Position numbers and translations under genes: made by a program. DNA of 64,000 nucleotides from a virus (lineage: Duplodnaviria; Caudoviricetes), in the IMG/VR virus record IMGVR_UViG_3300043427_002668; one strand, 5' to 3'. Shown one piece after another: positions 28,349-38,672 of this stretch; the stretch's first letter is position 1; every line of letters starts with the position of its first letter. The notes under the pieces are model-generated. The model was not told the DNA's origin. It worked only from the letters and a program-made list of their open reading frames with translations, and ran no database searches.

Positions 28349-28945
28349 ATGGGAAAATCTTTAAATTTAGAAACAAAAGATATAAGAACTAAAGATGGAA
28401 ATTTGAGGTTAGGTCATATTCACCTGGACCAAGTAAAGTCATCGATTATGATGCAGGGTCAGGGTGGATTGGAGTATATTACCATAGACCAAACTGCACC
28501 TAGAAATGGATGGATTACGTCGAGGTGCAGGGGAAGATATCAAGTTATTTGCGGAGATAATATTCCTGATGGTGATGTAGCAATGTATCTTAATTCTTGC
28601 GGTGACAAAGGATTAAGTAGAGGAAATATTGAGATCATTACAAAGGGAGTATTTAAAGTTAATGCAAGAGATATTCAATTGATTGCCACTGGAACTGATA
28701 ATAGTACTGGAAGAATAACATTACAATCAAATGAAGAAATTAAGTTAAAGTCAAAACAAATTAATCTCAATGCTGAAGAAGCAATGAGTTTGTTTTCTGA
28801 TGGGGAACTAAATACTACAGCAAAAAATATTATGAAAATGACTGCAGGAGCATTTCAAAAATTGAGTACATCAAGTTCATTAAAACCTCCTGTACTTTCT
28901 ATCAATCCAAGAGCACTTGGATCTGTAAAACCTGGATCAATTTAA
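28349..28945 (+). CDS. Putative spike beta-helix segment (gp5 C-terminal-like)
   Basis: Alternating beta-strand pattern (GRITLQSNEEIKLKSKQINLNAEEAMSLFS). Confidence 0.55.
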   Translation: MGKSLNLETKDIRTKDGNLRLGHIHLDQVKSSIMMQGQGGLEYITIDQTAPRNGWITSRCRGRYQVICGDNIPDGDVAMYLNSCGDKGLSRGNIEIITKGVFKVNARDIQLIATGTDNSTGRITLQSNEEIKLKSKQINLNAEEAMSLFSDGELNTTAKNIMKMTAGAFQKLSTSSSLKPPVLSINPRALGSVKPGSI

Positions 28946-28960
28946 TAAGGAGATATACTT

Positions 28961-29662
28961 ATGTCGTCATTCAGTGATTCTGAATATATTCAAAGATGTT
29001 TTATTGCAAAGGATGAAGTAAAACCAGAATCTTTAGGTAGAGGTGCAGCTGCAATTCGTGGTTCTTCATATCTCCAAGGACCAGTTCATGGAGGAGATGA
29101 TGAAGAATACAATGATATAAAAGCAACTATGATGCTTGCTCCTCTTGAAAATAGTGATACTGTCAAACCTTTATATTCTTTATGGCTTCGTTTTTATGCT
29201 AGAATACAAAGTTATTTGAGAGTCGATATTTTAATTAAAACTAAGTTTCTTCGTGCCTTTAGAATTCGTACTACTAAACTTCGTGCAGTTGAGATTAAAA
29301 CTGTAATTCTGAGAGCAAGTATCAAAAACTTTCAGATACCTCATCCCCTCAAAAAGGATAAAGATCTGGTTCACTCTTGTTTAGAAGGACCAGAAAACGG
29401 GGTTTATTTCAGGGGTAGATTGAGAAATAAAAATGTAATTGACCTTCCCGACTATTGGACTGAACTAGTACATGAAAATAGTATCACAGTTCAATTACAA
29501 CCAATCGGAGCACATCAAGATATAATTATAAAAAGAATAGGAGAAAATCAAATACATTTACAATCTAGAGGTGGAATGCCTATAGATTGCTTTTATCATG
29601 TTTATGGTGAAAGAAAAGATGTTGAAAAATTAAAAATTGAGGTAGATAAGGAAAATGGATAA
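28961..29662 (+). CDS. Spike/fibre protein with C-terminal chaperone-like domain
   Basis: KNFQIPHP...HSCLEGPENGVYFRG...LPDYW...TVQLQPIG module. Confidence 0.65.
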   Translation: MSSFSDSEYIQRCFIAKDEVKPESLGRGAAAIRGSSYLQGPVHGGDDEEYNDIKATMMLAPLENSDTVKPLYSLWLRFYARIQSYLRVDILIKTKFLRAFRIRTTKLRAVEIKTVILRASIKNFQIPHPLKKDKDLVHSCLEGPENGVYFRGRLRNKNVIDLPDYWTELVHENSITVQLQPIGAHQDIIIKRIGENQIHLQSRGGMPIDCFYHVYGERKDVEKLKIEVDKENG

Positions 29663-30725
29663 GGATAATCAATTTGAAGATAAGTTTGATGAGAGTACTT
29701 ATTATAAGGTTTCTGAAGACACTGTACTATTAAATAATCTTTGGACCAATGCTGTAAAGACAAGTGGATCTTTCGTAGGAATTCCTAACTCTGGATTGAA
29801 TTCTTTTGATGATAATGATTATCTGAGTCAAGATTACCTTGATAATAATAATTTTAGTCCAGAATTATACAATCGAGATGATCTTGCGAACATGAATTTC
29901 TTTAGGGATGATAATGTATCAATGGTTCTATATAATAATCCATTTGATTACATAAATTTACGTCTTGAAAAATCAGATACAAATTATGTAAAACTGGAAA
30001 AAATCCAAACAAGTATTGTTTCTCCTGGAATTACAAGCAGTAATATAGCAATAGCTTCTTCTGATATAAAAAGTATACTTTCATATTCTATTCTTCCTGT
30101 CGATGTTTTTACTTTTAATGTAAATACTCTTAATGTTGGGTATACTACTGCTTATAATACTATAGTTGGATATGGAACAACGAGTGTTGTTGGGTATAGT
30201 AGTATTACTTTTGGTAGAGGAGATACAAATGTTTTTGGTGATTTTACTGTCAATGTAAATCAATTTACCGTAGATTCTTCAACTGGAGATACTTATGTTA
30301 ATGGAGATTTAGTAGTAAATGCAAATAAATTTGGAGTAGATTCTGTTACCGGAGATGCATATATTGATGGAAATCTTGAGATAAATGGATGCTTGAATGT
30401 CACTGAATTTTGTGACTATACTTGGTTAAATACGTATCTAAGTTCTTCTCCAGTTGGTGTTAGTACTCTACTGGTTGGAGTTGCTGGAACTACAATTATT
30501 ACGACTGCTGATGGTCTTGTCGGCATCGGAACAACAGTTCCTCAAGCAAAACTTCATGTTGTTGGCAATACTCTAATCACTGGTATTGCTACTGTTGGAT
30601 TGGGAACCACTTCCTCACCAGCAAATTCTCAACTTTCTTTTGATCTTACAAGTAACACTAACTTGAGGATAAGAGTAAGAGGAACTGATGGTGTTATGAG
30701 GACTGCAAATATTACTCTGACATAA
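29655..30725 (+). CDS. Tail fibre-like structural protein
   Basis: Repeated FxVDSxTGDxY units, GIGTTVPQAKLHVVG motif. Confidence 0.6.
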   Translation: MDKDNQFEDKFDESTYYKVSEDTVLLNNLWTNAVKTSGSFVGIPNSGLNSFDDNDYLSQDYLDNNNFSPELYNRDDLANMNFFRDDNVSMVLYNNPFDYINLRLEKSDTNYVKLEKIQTSIVSPGITSSNIAIASSDIKSILSYSILPVDVFTFNVNTLNVGYTTAYNTIVGYGTTSVVGYSSITFGRGDTNVFGDFTVNVNQFTVDSSTGDTYVNGDLVVNANKFGVDSVTGDAYIDGNLEINGCLNVTEFCDYTWLNTYLSSSPVGVSTLLVGVAGTTIITTADGLVGIGTTVPQAKLHVVGNTLITGIATVGLGTTSSPANSQLSFDLTSNTNLRIRVRGTDGVMRTANITLT

Positions 30726-30728
30726 CCC

Positions 30729-30757
30729 TTGACGCCAGCCCCCTACCGTGCTATGAT
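30729..30757 (+). promoter_or_regulatory. Sigma70-type early promoter TTGACG-17-TATGAT
   Basis: Near-consensus boxes, 17-bp spacer, extended -10 TG. Confidence 0.75.
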
Positions 30758-30783
30758 ACTTGGGTAATCACGGAACGAACCGA

Positions 30784-30966
30784 ATGCAAGATGAGTACCT
30801 GACGCGATGTGTCGTTGATCCAATTAAACGAACCGTGTATCTTTACTCCAGTGAGGGGTCAGAACGTGAAGTGGTCTGTGATACGGTTGATGAGTTTATG
30901 AACGTGCTAGAATTCGTACGTTCGACGGTGGATGAGAAAACACTTTCATACGCAAATCCACTTTAA
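30784..30966 (+). CDS. Conserved cyanophage hypothetical protein
   Basis: MQDEYLTRCVVDP...; first gene after the promoter. Confidence 0.75.
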   Translation: MQDEYLTRCVVDPIKRTVYLYSSEGSEREVVCDTVDEFMNVLEFVRSTVDEKTLSYANPL

Positions 30967-31024
30967 GTTTCATTTAGGGTGGAAAAATTTTCCCGGTAAA
31001 AATTGCCCTTATTACTTTTTTCAA

Positions 31025-31204
31025 ATGCGTCCAGAAACAAGAGAATCAATGGAAATGCTGTTCTCAGCAAAATGGAATGTTCCAAAAGCAGCAGCAAACT
31101 GTAATCTTACAAACAAAGAAATGAAGATTACGTTTAATGAATACTGCACTTTACATCCTCCGACTTATACGGTAGAATCTGATAGTCAACTCAGTCTTCT
31201 CTGA
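31025..31204 (+). CDS. Conserved hypothetical protein
   Basis: MRPETRESMEMLFSAKWNVPKAA... Confidence 0.7.
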   Translation: MRPETRESMEMLFSAKWNVPKAAANCNLTNKEMKITFNEYCTLHPPTYTVESDSQLSLL

Positions 31205-31213
31205 GTTTTTTAT

Positions 31214-31297
31214 GGGCGTGTGACGTAATTGGTAGCCGTACCGAACTTAAAATTCGTTGGGAGTAATCCCGTGGGGGTTCGAGTCCCCCCATGCCCA
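31214..31297 (+). tRNA. tRNA-Leu(TAA)
   Basis: GGGCGTG/CATGCCC acceptor, CTTAAAA anticodon loop, long variable arm GGGAGTAATCCC, GGTTCGAGT T-loop; CCA not encoded. Confidence 0.95.
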
Positions 31298-31349
31298 TTA
31301 GAGGTTATAAACGACTTCTAAATAAAACAAAAGTATAAGGAACTATTCT

Positions 31350-31619
31350 ATGAAATACAGAATAGATGCCAGATATGTTTGGTACAACAGAGGAACACAA
31401 CTTGTTCTGATGTATTTCATACAAAGTTTACCTTTTACTTTTGACGATGTTCCTGATAGTTACATTTACGATCCGGAAGTCCTTGAATGTGCAGACAACG
31501 AAAGACGATTTGAACCAGAGGATTTATATCAAGCATCTTACTATCTTATGATGGAAGAATGTCATCCTCTGATGTTTGAAGTCGATCTGGAAAATCCAGA
31601 AATGATGCCTGCAGATTAA
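31350..31619 (+). CDS. Conserved hypothetical protein
   Basis: AAGGA RBS; lies between the tRNAs. Confidence 0.75.
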   Translation: MKYRIDARYVWYNRGTQLVLMYFIQSLPFTFDDVPDSYIYDPEVLECADNERRFEPEDLYQASYYLMMEECHPLMFEVDLENPEMMPAD

Positions 31620-31620
31620 T

Positions 31621-31692
31621 GCCCTTGTAGCTCAGTGGTAGAGCAATGGTTTTGTAAACCATTTGTCGCAAGTTCGACTCTTGTCGGGGGCT
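31621..31692 (+). tRNA. tRNA-Thr(TGT)
   Basis: GCCCTTG/CGGGGGC acceptor, AGCTCAGTGGTAGAGC D-arm, ATGGT-TTTGTAA-ACCAT anticodon arm, GTTCGACT T-loop; CCA not encoded. Confidence 0.95.
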
Positions 31693-31712
31693 CTTAAAAC
31701 CTAAGTTTTAAA

Positions 31713-31883
31713 ATGAAGATAAATCTCTGGTACTGCAAAGATATGCAACAATGGCGTTGGACTCTTACCGACGACTCAAGACCTATTCTTAAGCAAGAAT
31801 CAGGTCAGCAACCAGATCTTCGTACAGCAATGAATGACGTTGCAAATACCGTAGAATATATGATGAAATCCTCACAAGAATGA
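31713..31883 (+). CDS. Small hypothetical protein, 56 aa (MKINLWYCKDMQQWRWTLTDD...)
   Basis: Translated by hand; ATGA overlap with the next gene. Confidence 0.7.
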   Translation: MKINLWYCKDMQQWRWTLTDDSRPILKQESGQQPDLRTAMNDVANTVEYMMKSSQE

Positions 31884-32515
31884 GTAAAAATACTCAGTAC
31901 TTTATAGATAGAGTAGGTAAAGAAGAAATCAAAAATCTTCTTTATACCTATCATTATCTTAAAGACGAATCAAAAGATTTTAAAAGTGGGAATAATTACG
32001 GTCTTTTCCGATCATCTGTTACTGATGTCCTTCATATTGATAAGTGCTTGGGTTGTTGTGTCTTTACTAAGATCCCCGTCCCAGAGATAGCAGTTGGGGC
32101 ATTTGGATTACAAAGACACGAACAGGAAGGTCTTTATGAACTTTCAAGACTTTGTATTCATCCTGATATTCAGAAAACAGAGTATAACATTACCTCTTGG
32201 TTCGTCAGTCGTTGTATAAAGAGGTTCCGAAAAGATGCCCGCGTTCGTGCTATTCTTAGTTACGCTGATGCTAATCACCACTCTGGAGTTATATACAGAG
32301 CTTGTAATTTTACTTACTACGGTCTAACAGCACCCAAAAAAGACTTTTACTATGCTGATGGTACAAAGCATTCAAGGGGAAGTGTGAAGGGTGCTGAAGG
32401 TGAGTGGAGAGAAAGAAGTCGTAAACACAGGTATTTGATGATCTTTGATAAAGAACTCAAGAAACGCTTGACTTGGAAAGAGGAGAAGTGGTATAATAGT
32501 CAAGGCGATACTTAA
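31880..32515 (+). CDS. mom: Mom-like (GNAT-fold) DNA adenine modification enzyme
   Basis: YHYL, ELSRLCI, SWFVSRCI, ILSYAD..HHSGVIYRACNFTYYG match the Mu Mom family pattern. Confidence 0.75.
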   Translation: MSKNTQYFIDRVGKEEIKNLLYTYHYLKDESKDFKSGNNYGLFRSSVTDVLHIDKCLGCCVFTKIPVPEIAVGAFGLQRHEQEGLYELSRLCIHPDIQKTEYNITSWFVSRCIKRFRKDARVRAILSYADANHHSGVIYRACNFTYYGLTAPKKDFYYADGTKHSRGSVKGAEGEWRERSRKHRYLMIFDKELKKRLTWKEEKWYNSQGDT

Positions 32516-32538
32516 CCAGTCCCTTCCGTGTGCTTCAG

Positions 32539-32561
32539 AACCCTCCTTTGTGAGGGTTTTG
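32539..32561 (+). terminator. Rho-independent terminator
   Basis: AACCCTC-CTTTGT-GAGGGTT then TTG; followed by late promoter-like GATAAATA (32568-32575). Confidence 0.65.
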
Positions 32562-32605
32562 TTGTATGATAAATAATCCATAACGGAACTATAAGTATTA
32601 ATAAG

Positions 32606-35600
32606 ATGGGTCTCTCCAGATTAGATAATTTTCTGAAGTCAGCAAGAGGAACAATTCTTTATGTTGATCCAAACGCTTTAGATTCAACCGATAGTATAGA
32701 AAATCAGGGAAATTCTCTTGCAAGGCCATTTAAAACCATTCAAAGGGCATTAATAGAGGCAGCAAGATTTTCGTATCAAAGGGGAAAAGATAACGATAGA
32801 TTTGGAAAGACCACTATTTTACTATATCCTGGCGAGCATATTGTAGATAATCGTCCTGGATGGATTCCCATAGGCAGCGGACAATATCAATTAAGAAGTA
32901 GTCAAACTTCTACTGATTTTTCTGATTGGGACCTAACATCCAATTTTGATGTTACTGCAGAAAATAACGTACTTTATAAATTAAATTCGGTTCATGGTGG
33001 TGTCATAGTACCTAGAGGAACTTCAATCGTCGGATTAGATCTTCGTAAGACAAAAGTTCGTCCAACATACGTTCCAAATCCAGAGAATGATAATATTGAA
33101 AGATCTTGTATTTTCCGTCTAACTGGTGCTTGTTACTTATGGCAATTTACTGTTCTTGATGCAGATCCAAATGGACAGTGTTATTATGATTATACGATTA
33201 ATAAGGTTGTTCCTAATTTTTCTCACCACAAATTAACTGCATTTGAATATGCTGATGGTGTTAATAATGTTGTAATTGATGATGATTTTATTTCAAAGAC
33301 TGATTATGGTCGTACAGACCTCGATATGTATTATGAAAGAGTTGGATTAGTTTACGGTCAATCATCTGGTAGAGAAATATCAAACGATTATCCACCTTCA
33401 TCTGTTGTTGATATTGAACCAGTTATTGATGAGTATAGGATTGTAGGTTCCAGAGGTTCTGAAGTAGGAATTACAAGCATTCGTGCTGGGGATGGAATCA
33501 CTGCAACAAATACAATTACAGTAACAACTGCAGAAAGTCTTGAAGGAATTAGTGTTGATACTCCAATTCAAATTTCTGGTGTAAGTGAAGTTGGTTATGA
33601 TGGTAAATTTGTTATTTTCTCTATTACAAGTGATACTGAATTTGTATATAAAGCATCCACCATTCCAAATAGTCCAATAGGATCAGTTTCAAGTGCCACT
33701 GCAAGTATATCAGTTGATACTGTAACCTCAGCATCTCCATATATCTTTAATATTTCTCTACGTTCTGTTTATGGAATGTGTGGATTGCTTGCTGATGGAG
33801 ATAAAGCAACTGGATTTAAGAGTATGGTTGTTTCCCAATTTACTGGGGTAGGTTTGCAGAAGGATGATAATGCATTCGTAAAATACGATAGCTCAACTGG
33901 AACATATAAAGATTCTACATCAAACTTTACTAACTTATTTGCAGATTCTAATGCAAAATATAAACCGGCATATGAAAACTTCCATATTAAGGCAACAAAC
34001 GATGCTTACCTTCAGTTAGTATCTGTATTTGCTATTGGATACGCACAACATTTTGTTGCGGAGAATGGTGGAGATATGTCCATCAACAACTCCAATTCTA
34101 ATTTTGGTTCTAAAGCACTTGTTTCATCTGGATTTAAGAGGGAGGCATTTTTAAGAGATAATACTGGATATATTACTCATGTTATTGCTCCACAGGAAAT
34201 CGAAGCAGAAGAGGGATCGGTTGAGTTCATTGCGATTGATGTTGATAAAACTGTAGGAGTTGCAAGTACAAATAGACTTTATTTGTATAATTATACTGAT
34301 TTAAATAATCCACCAACAAATGTCATTGATGGATTTAGAATTGGTGCTAAAGTAGATGATGAACTATACGTTCAGGTTGTATCGAGTGGCATTTCATCAG
34401 AATATTCTGCTCGAATTATTATGCCAAGTACGGAGTTTTCTTCAAATGAAACTTCGTATCAAAAATCATTTAACGTCCTAAAGACTTCTGCGTCAGAAAA
34501 TAGTATTGTTGATAAAATTGTATCATTTGGTGTACCACACTCATTTAAGACTGGAGAATCAATAAGAATTATTAGTGATGATGGTAATCTCCCCAGTTCA
34601 ATTTCCCCATCAAAAGTCTATTATGTAATTGCAAATGATCTTGCTGGAGTTGGCATAGGATCTACTCAGATTAAAATAGCTCAAACATTTACGGACGCTT
34701 TCCAAGATATTGCAATTTCACCAAGTAAAAAGGGCGGAAATCTTACAGTTTTAAGTAGAGTATCTGATAAGAATTCTGGAGATGTAGGACATCCAGTTCA
34801 ATGGGATTCTTCAGAAGGGCAGTGGTATATTAATGTTGCAACTGCATCTACTGAAAATACAATTTACGATACAGTTGTTGGTTTGGGAACTACTTCTCTT
34901 GGGTATGCCACCCCAAGAACTTATATTAAAAGAAAAACGGATTTTAGAAATCTTTCAGACACTATTTACAAAGTTCGTTATGTAATTCCAAAGTCTTCTT
35001 CAGTTACTGCAAGACCTCCTCTTGATGCATTTGTTCTTCAGGATGCAAGTTCTGGTATTGGTACTGGAACCGCAGAAATTTCTAAGTATTTTGATCTAAC
35101 AAATACATTATCTTTATCTAATGAAAACGAACTTAGAAATCCAAGATTTATTGCAACTTGTACCTGGTCTTCTTCTGGCATTACTACTGTTACAACAGAA
35201 CTTCCTCATGACTTAAAAGTTGGGAATACCGTTGAGATTGTCAGCGTTCAGAGTAGCCCAAACAATTTAACAGGAATTGCAAATACTGGATTTAATGGTA
35301 CATTTACTGTTACTGCAATTAAAAACACCAGACAGTTTACTTATCAACTTTCTGATAATCCAGGTGCTTTCTTTAATAATACTTCAATTAGAGATGCGGA
35401 TCTTCCAAGGTTTTCGAGAAAATCTTTAACTGGTACATATCAACTTTACAGAAGTCAAGAAGTTCAAGAGTATATTCCAAACGTACAAGATGGTGTTTAT
35501 CATCTTTTACTTATTGACGCTTCAAATTCACCGTCAATAGAACCATTCACTGATTTAAAATTCTCTCAACCAATACAATATCTTTATCCTCAGTTTAATA

Positions 35601-38600
35601 GAGACAATCCAACGTCAGATCCAGAAGCATCAAAATCTTTTGCAGTATCCGACATTATTGGTAAGGTTGTTATTAATGAACCTCAAAAATCACTTACAAA
35701 AGAAGCACTTGGAAATCTTTTAGATGATATTAACGTTGGATTTGGAATCACAAATATTGCATCAAATTCTGCAGGAACAGCGCATACAATTTATACTACG
35801 TATGATCATGGATTTGCTGGTATTACTTCAGTAAGTATTACTGGTGCTGGATCTACTTATGCCACAGGAACATATTATAACGTTCCTCTTGTCGGAGCTG
35901 CTGGTTCTACTACAGGTGATTATGCAACTGCTGCCGTAACTGTAAGTGTTGCCGGAACTATCAGTAAAGTTGTTATAATGAATAGAGGTAGTGCTTATGG
36001 AATAGGAAATACTCTTGCTATCCTAGATGTTCCAAGAAATGCTGGATCAATTGCTGCTTATGTAACGGTTCAACAAATTCAGAACAATGTCGGTGATACT
36101 TTAGTTGTTTCTGGAGTAAGTTCTTCTCAATATAATGGTGTTTATAATATTACTCAAGTACCCATTGGGTCTACAAAAGCAATTTTAGTTGGATCTGCAA
36201 ACTCTATTTCAAGTCCATCAACAACTGGTATTGGAGTTACTGCAACATCTTCTGCAAATGTAGTTGTAAGTGGATCATCAATCGGCATATCAAGCATCAC
36301 ATATGATGCTGCAACTGGTATTTCTACAGTATCTTTCAGTAGAGCACACGGATTTAGAGTAAATGATAAGATTAGGATTGGTGGAGCATCGGACAGTATT
36401 TTTAATAATGAATTTATTGTAAAGACTACACCTTCTGTTGCTGTTGCATCTACACAACTTACAATAAACACTGGTGTTAAAAATGCATCTCCAATTTATG
36501 GAGGAACTCTAACTGCATATCCACTCTTCTTAAATTCTTATGGTGGAGATTTAACACTAGAAAATGAAAAGACCTCTTCTCGACTTGTGGCGCAGTATGC
36601 TGGAATTACAACTGTTTCTACAGCATTAATTGATATTACATCAACAAATAATGATCCACTTACTATTCAGAACGCAGTTGCTTGTGGACTGAGAATGGGT
36701 GATTATATTCAGATTGATAATGAAATTTTCCGTATTCGCTCTGCTGTTACAAGCGATCAAGTTTATGTTTTTAGATCAGTTCTTGGAACTCAGAAACAAA
36801 CTCACTTAGACAACTCAGTTGTTAGAAAGGTTAAACCAATTCCAATTGAATTCCGCAGAAACTCAATTATTCGCGCATCGGGACACACCTTTGAGTATAT
36901 GGGATTTGGTCCTGGAAACTACTCAACAGCACTTCCAGAAAGACAAAATCGCATTATCACAGGTCAGGAAGAAATTCTTTCGCAGGCAACAAAAGTTGAT
37001 GGTGGTGTTGCAATCTTCACTGGTATGAATAGTGATGGAGATTTCTACACTGGAAACAAGAAGATTAACTCTTCAACAGGTCAAGAAGAAATCTTTGATG
37101 CACCAGTTCCAACTGTTACTGGCGAAGAGCCAAGTGTAAGTGTTGTAAATATTGGATTTGACGTTCTCACTCCTCTCGAAATTTCAGTTAATAGATCTAT
37201 TAGAGTTGAGGGTGGACCAGATTCAACATTAATTTCTGAGTTTGATGGTCCTGTTGTCTTTAATAATAAGATTACTTCTACTTCATCTAAGGGAATTGAA
37301 GCAGCGTCTCTATATCTTCAAGGTGATGCATTTGTTTCTAGAAAATTAACTGTTGGTATTTCAACTCCAACTCAAGCAGGAAATCCCGGAGATATAGTTA
37401 CACGCACGGAACCACAAAGTGGTAATAGTGTTGGGTGGGTTTATACTACAAACAATCGTTGGGAACAGTTTGGAACTATTGGTGATGAAGGAAAAGATCC
37501 ATCCATCAGAATTGGAATTTCTTCTAATGGAAATTTTGTAGGACTTTCTACGTTAATTGACTTTAAGGCAGTTGGAGATGTTGAAATATCAACAGAACAT
37601 GATGATATTGTTGGTATTACTTCATTGACTATTTCTAATGTCAATAAGATTGAAGTCTCTAGGAATGTAACTAATAATTTTATTGGAACTGCCACACAAC
37701 TTAATTTCGTTGGTATTGGTATTACCGTTACTTCTGATTTTGATGTTTCTTCTGGAATTGCTACGATTAGTTTTGATGGTTTATCTCTTAATGAATTGCC
37801 AGATATTGCTCCTCCTGGTGGAAATATTGGAGAACTTCAATATAATTTAAATGGAGTTCTCTTTGGTGGAGTCACGGGTTCTTCCTATGATTCAGTAATT
37901 AATCAACTTAATGTTGCCTCAACACTGAATGTTGCAATTTCTACATCATCTTCAGCATTAGTAGTTACTCAAACTGGAACTGGAAATGCACTTTTAGTTC
38001 AAGATGAAACAAATGATGCATCTCCATTTGTAATTTCAAACAATGGTGGTGTCGGAATTGGAAGAGCAATACCTCAAGCAAGACTTGATATTACTTCTAC
38101 TGATGAAACTTCCCTGAGAATTAGATCAACGTATGGTGGAGGTCCTGTTGTAAGAATTGATAGTTCCTTAGATGACACCTCACCATTCATTATTGATGCA
38201 TCAGGAAGTGTTGGTATTAATACTCTTACTGTTGCTTCTGGTATTTCTCTGGATGTTGTTGGTAATGCTGGAGTAACTGGAGAAATTCGTTATTATAATT
38301 CTACTAGAACAAACTATGTTGCATTTAAGGCACAAGAAACTATCGCATCAAACGTTGTCTGGTCTCTACCAAATGTAGTTGGAGCAGCAAATAGCATTCT
38401 ATATTCTGTAACACCAGGAGTTCTTGGTTGGACCTCAATTAAGAATGCCCTTTCATTGGCAACAACTGATGATCTTCCAGAAGGAAATACGAATAAGTAT
38501 TATACTGATGCGAGAGTTGTGAATAAGGTTAAGACTTTAATTGGAGATCAGTGTGGAATTAATGTTACCTTTAATGAAGCAACACAAAAAATCGACTATG

Positions 38601-38668
38601 AAGTTATTGTAACTCAAGAATATGCTCCATTCCCATATTCAACTCGTGGATTTGCTATTCCTCTCTGA
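32606..38668 (+). CDS. Very large virion structural / fibre protein (2020 aa)
   Basis: MGLSRLDNFLK...RPFKTIQRALIEAARFSY N-terminus typical of cyanomyovirus giant structural proteins; Ser/Thr/Gly beta-rich; TTDDLPEGNTNKYYTDARV. Confidence 0.85.
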   Translation: MGLSRLDNFLKSARGTILYVDPNALDSTDSIENQGNSLARPFKTIQRALIEAARFSYQRGKDNDRFGKTTILLYPGEHIVDNRPGWIPIGSGQYQLRSSQTSTDFSDWDLTSNFDVTAENNVLYKLNSVHGGVIVPRGTSIVGLDLRKTKVRPTYVPNPENDNIERSCIFRLTGACYLWQFTVLDADPNGQCYYDYTINKVVPNFSHHKLTAFEYADGVNNVVIDDDFISKTDYGRTDLDMYYERVGLVYGQSSGREISNDYPPSSVVDIEPVIDEYRIVGSRGSEVGITSIRAGDGITATNTITVTTAESLEGISVDTPIQISGVSEVGYDGKFVIFSITSDTEFVYKASTIPNSPIGSVSSATASISVDTVTSASPYIFNISLRSVYGMCGLLADGDKATGFKSMVVSQFTGVGLQKDDNAFVKYDSSTGTYKDSTSNFTNLFADSNAKYKPAYENFHIKATNDAYLQLVSVFAIGYAQHFVAENGGDMSINNSNSNFGSKALVSSGFKREAFLRDNTGYITHVIAPQEIEAEEGSVEFIAIDVDKTVGVASTNRLYLYNYTDLNNPPTNVIDGFRIGAKVDDELYVQVVSSGISSEYSARIIMPSTEFSSNETSYQKSFNVLKTSASENSIVDKIVSFGVPHSFKTGESIRIISDDGNLPSSISPSKVYYVIANDLAGVGIGSTQIKIAQTFTDAFQDIAISPSKKGGNLTVLSRVSDKNSGDVGHPVQWDSSEGQWYINVATASTENTIYDTVVGLGTTSLGYATPRTYIKRKTDFRNLSDTIYKVRYVIPKSSSVTARPPLDAFVLQDASSGIGTGTAEISKYFDLTNTLSLSNENELRNPRFIATCTWSSSGITTVTTELPHDLKVGNTVEIVSVQSSPNNLTGIANTGFNGTFTVTAIKNTRQFTYQLSDNPGAFFNNTSIRDADLPRFSRKSLTGTYQLYRSQEVQEYIPNVQDGVYHLLLIDASNSPSIEPFTDLKFSQPIQYLYPQFNRDNPTSDPEASKSFAVSDIIGKVVINEPQKSLTKEALGNLLDDINVGFGITNIASNSAGTAHTIYTTYDHGFAGITSVSITGAGSTYATGTYYNVPLVGAAGSTTGDYATAAVTVSVAGTISKVVIMNRGSAYGIGNTLAILDVPRNAGSIAAYVTVQQIQNNVGDTLVVSGVSSSQYNGVYNITQVPIGSTKAILVGSANSISSPSTTGIGVTATSSANVVVSGSSIGISSITYDAATGISTVSFSRAHGFRVNDKIRIGGASDSIFNNEFIVKTTPSVAVASTQLTINTGVKNASPIYGGTLTAYPLFLNSYGGDLTLENEKTSSRLVAQYAGITTVSTALIDITSTNNDPLTIQNAVACGLRMGDYIQIDNEIFRIRSAVTSDQVYVFRSVLGTQKQTHLDNSVVRKVKPIPIEFRRNSIIRASGHTFEYMGFGPGNYSTALPERQNRIITGQEEILSQATKVDGGVAIFTGMNSDGDFYTGNKKINSSTGQEEIFDAPVPTVTGEEPSVSVVNIGFDVLTPLEISVNRSIRVEGGPDSTLISEFDGPVVFNNKITSTSSKGIEAASLYLQGDAFVSRKLTVGISTPTQAGNPGDIVTRTEPQSGNSVGWVYTTNNRWEQFGTIGDEGKDPSIRIGISSNGNFVGLSTLIDFKAVGDVEISTEHDDIVGITSLTISNVNKIEVSRNVTNNFIGTATQLNFVGIGITVTSDFDVSSGIATISFDGLSLNELPDIAPPGGNIGELQYNLNGVLFGGVTGSSYDSVINQLNVASTLNVAISTSSSALVVTQTGTGNALLVQDETNDASPFVISNNGGVGIGRAIPQARLDITSTDETSLRIRSTYGGGPVVRIDSSLDDTSPFIIDASGSVGINTLTVASGISLDVVGNAGVTGEIRYYNSTRTNYVAFKAQETIASNVVWSLPNVVGAANSILYSVTPGVLGWTSIKNALSLATTDDLPEGNTNKYYTDARVVNKVKTLIGDQCGINVTFNEATQKIDYEVIVTQEYAPFPYSTRGFAIPL

Positions 38669-38672
38669 GGAA

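Noticed and set aside
30981-30993. Palindrome GGAAAAATTTTCC between early genes
   Set aside because: Short, low complexity and single copy in the window
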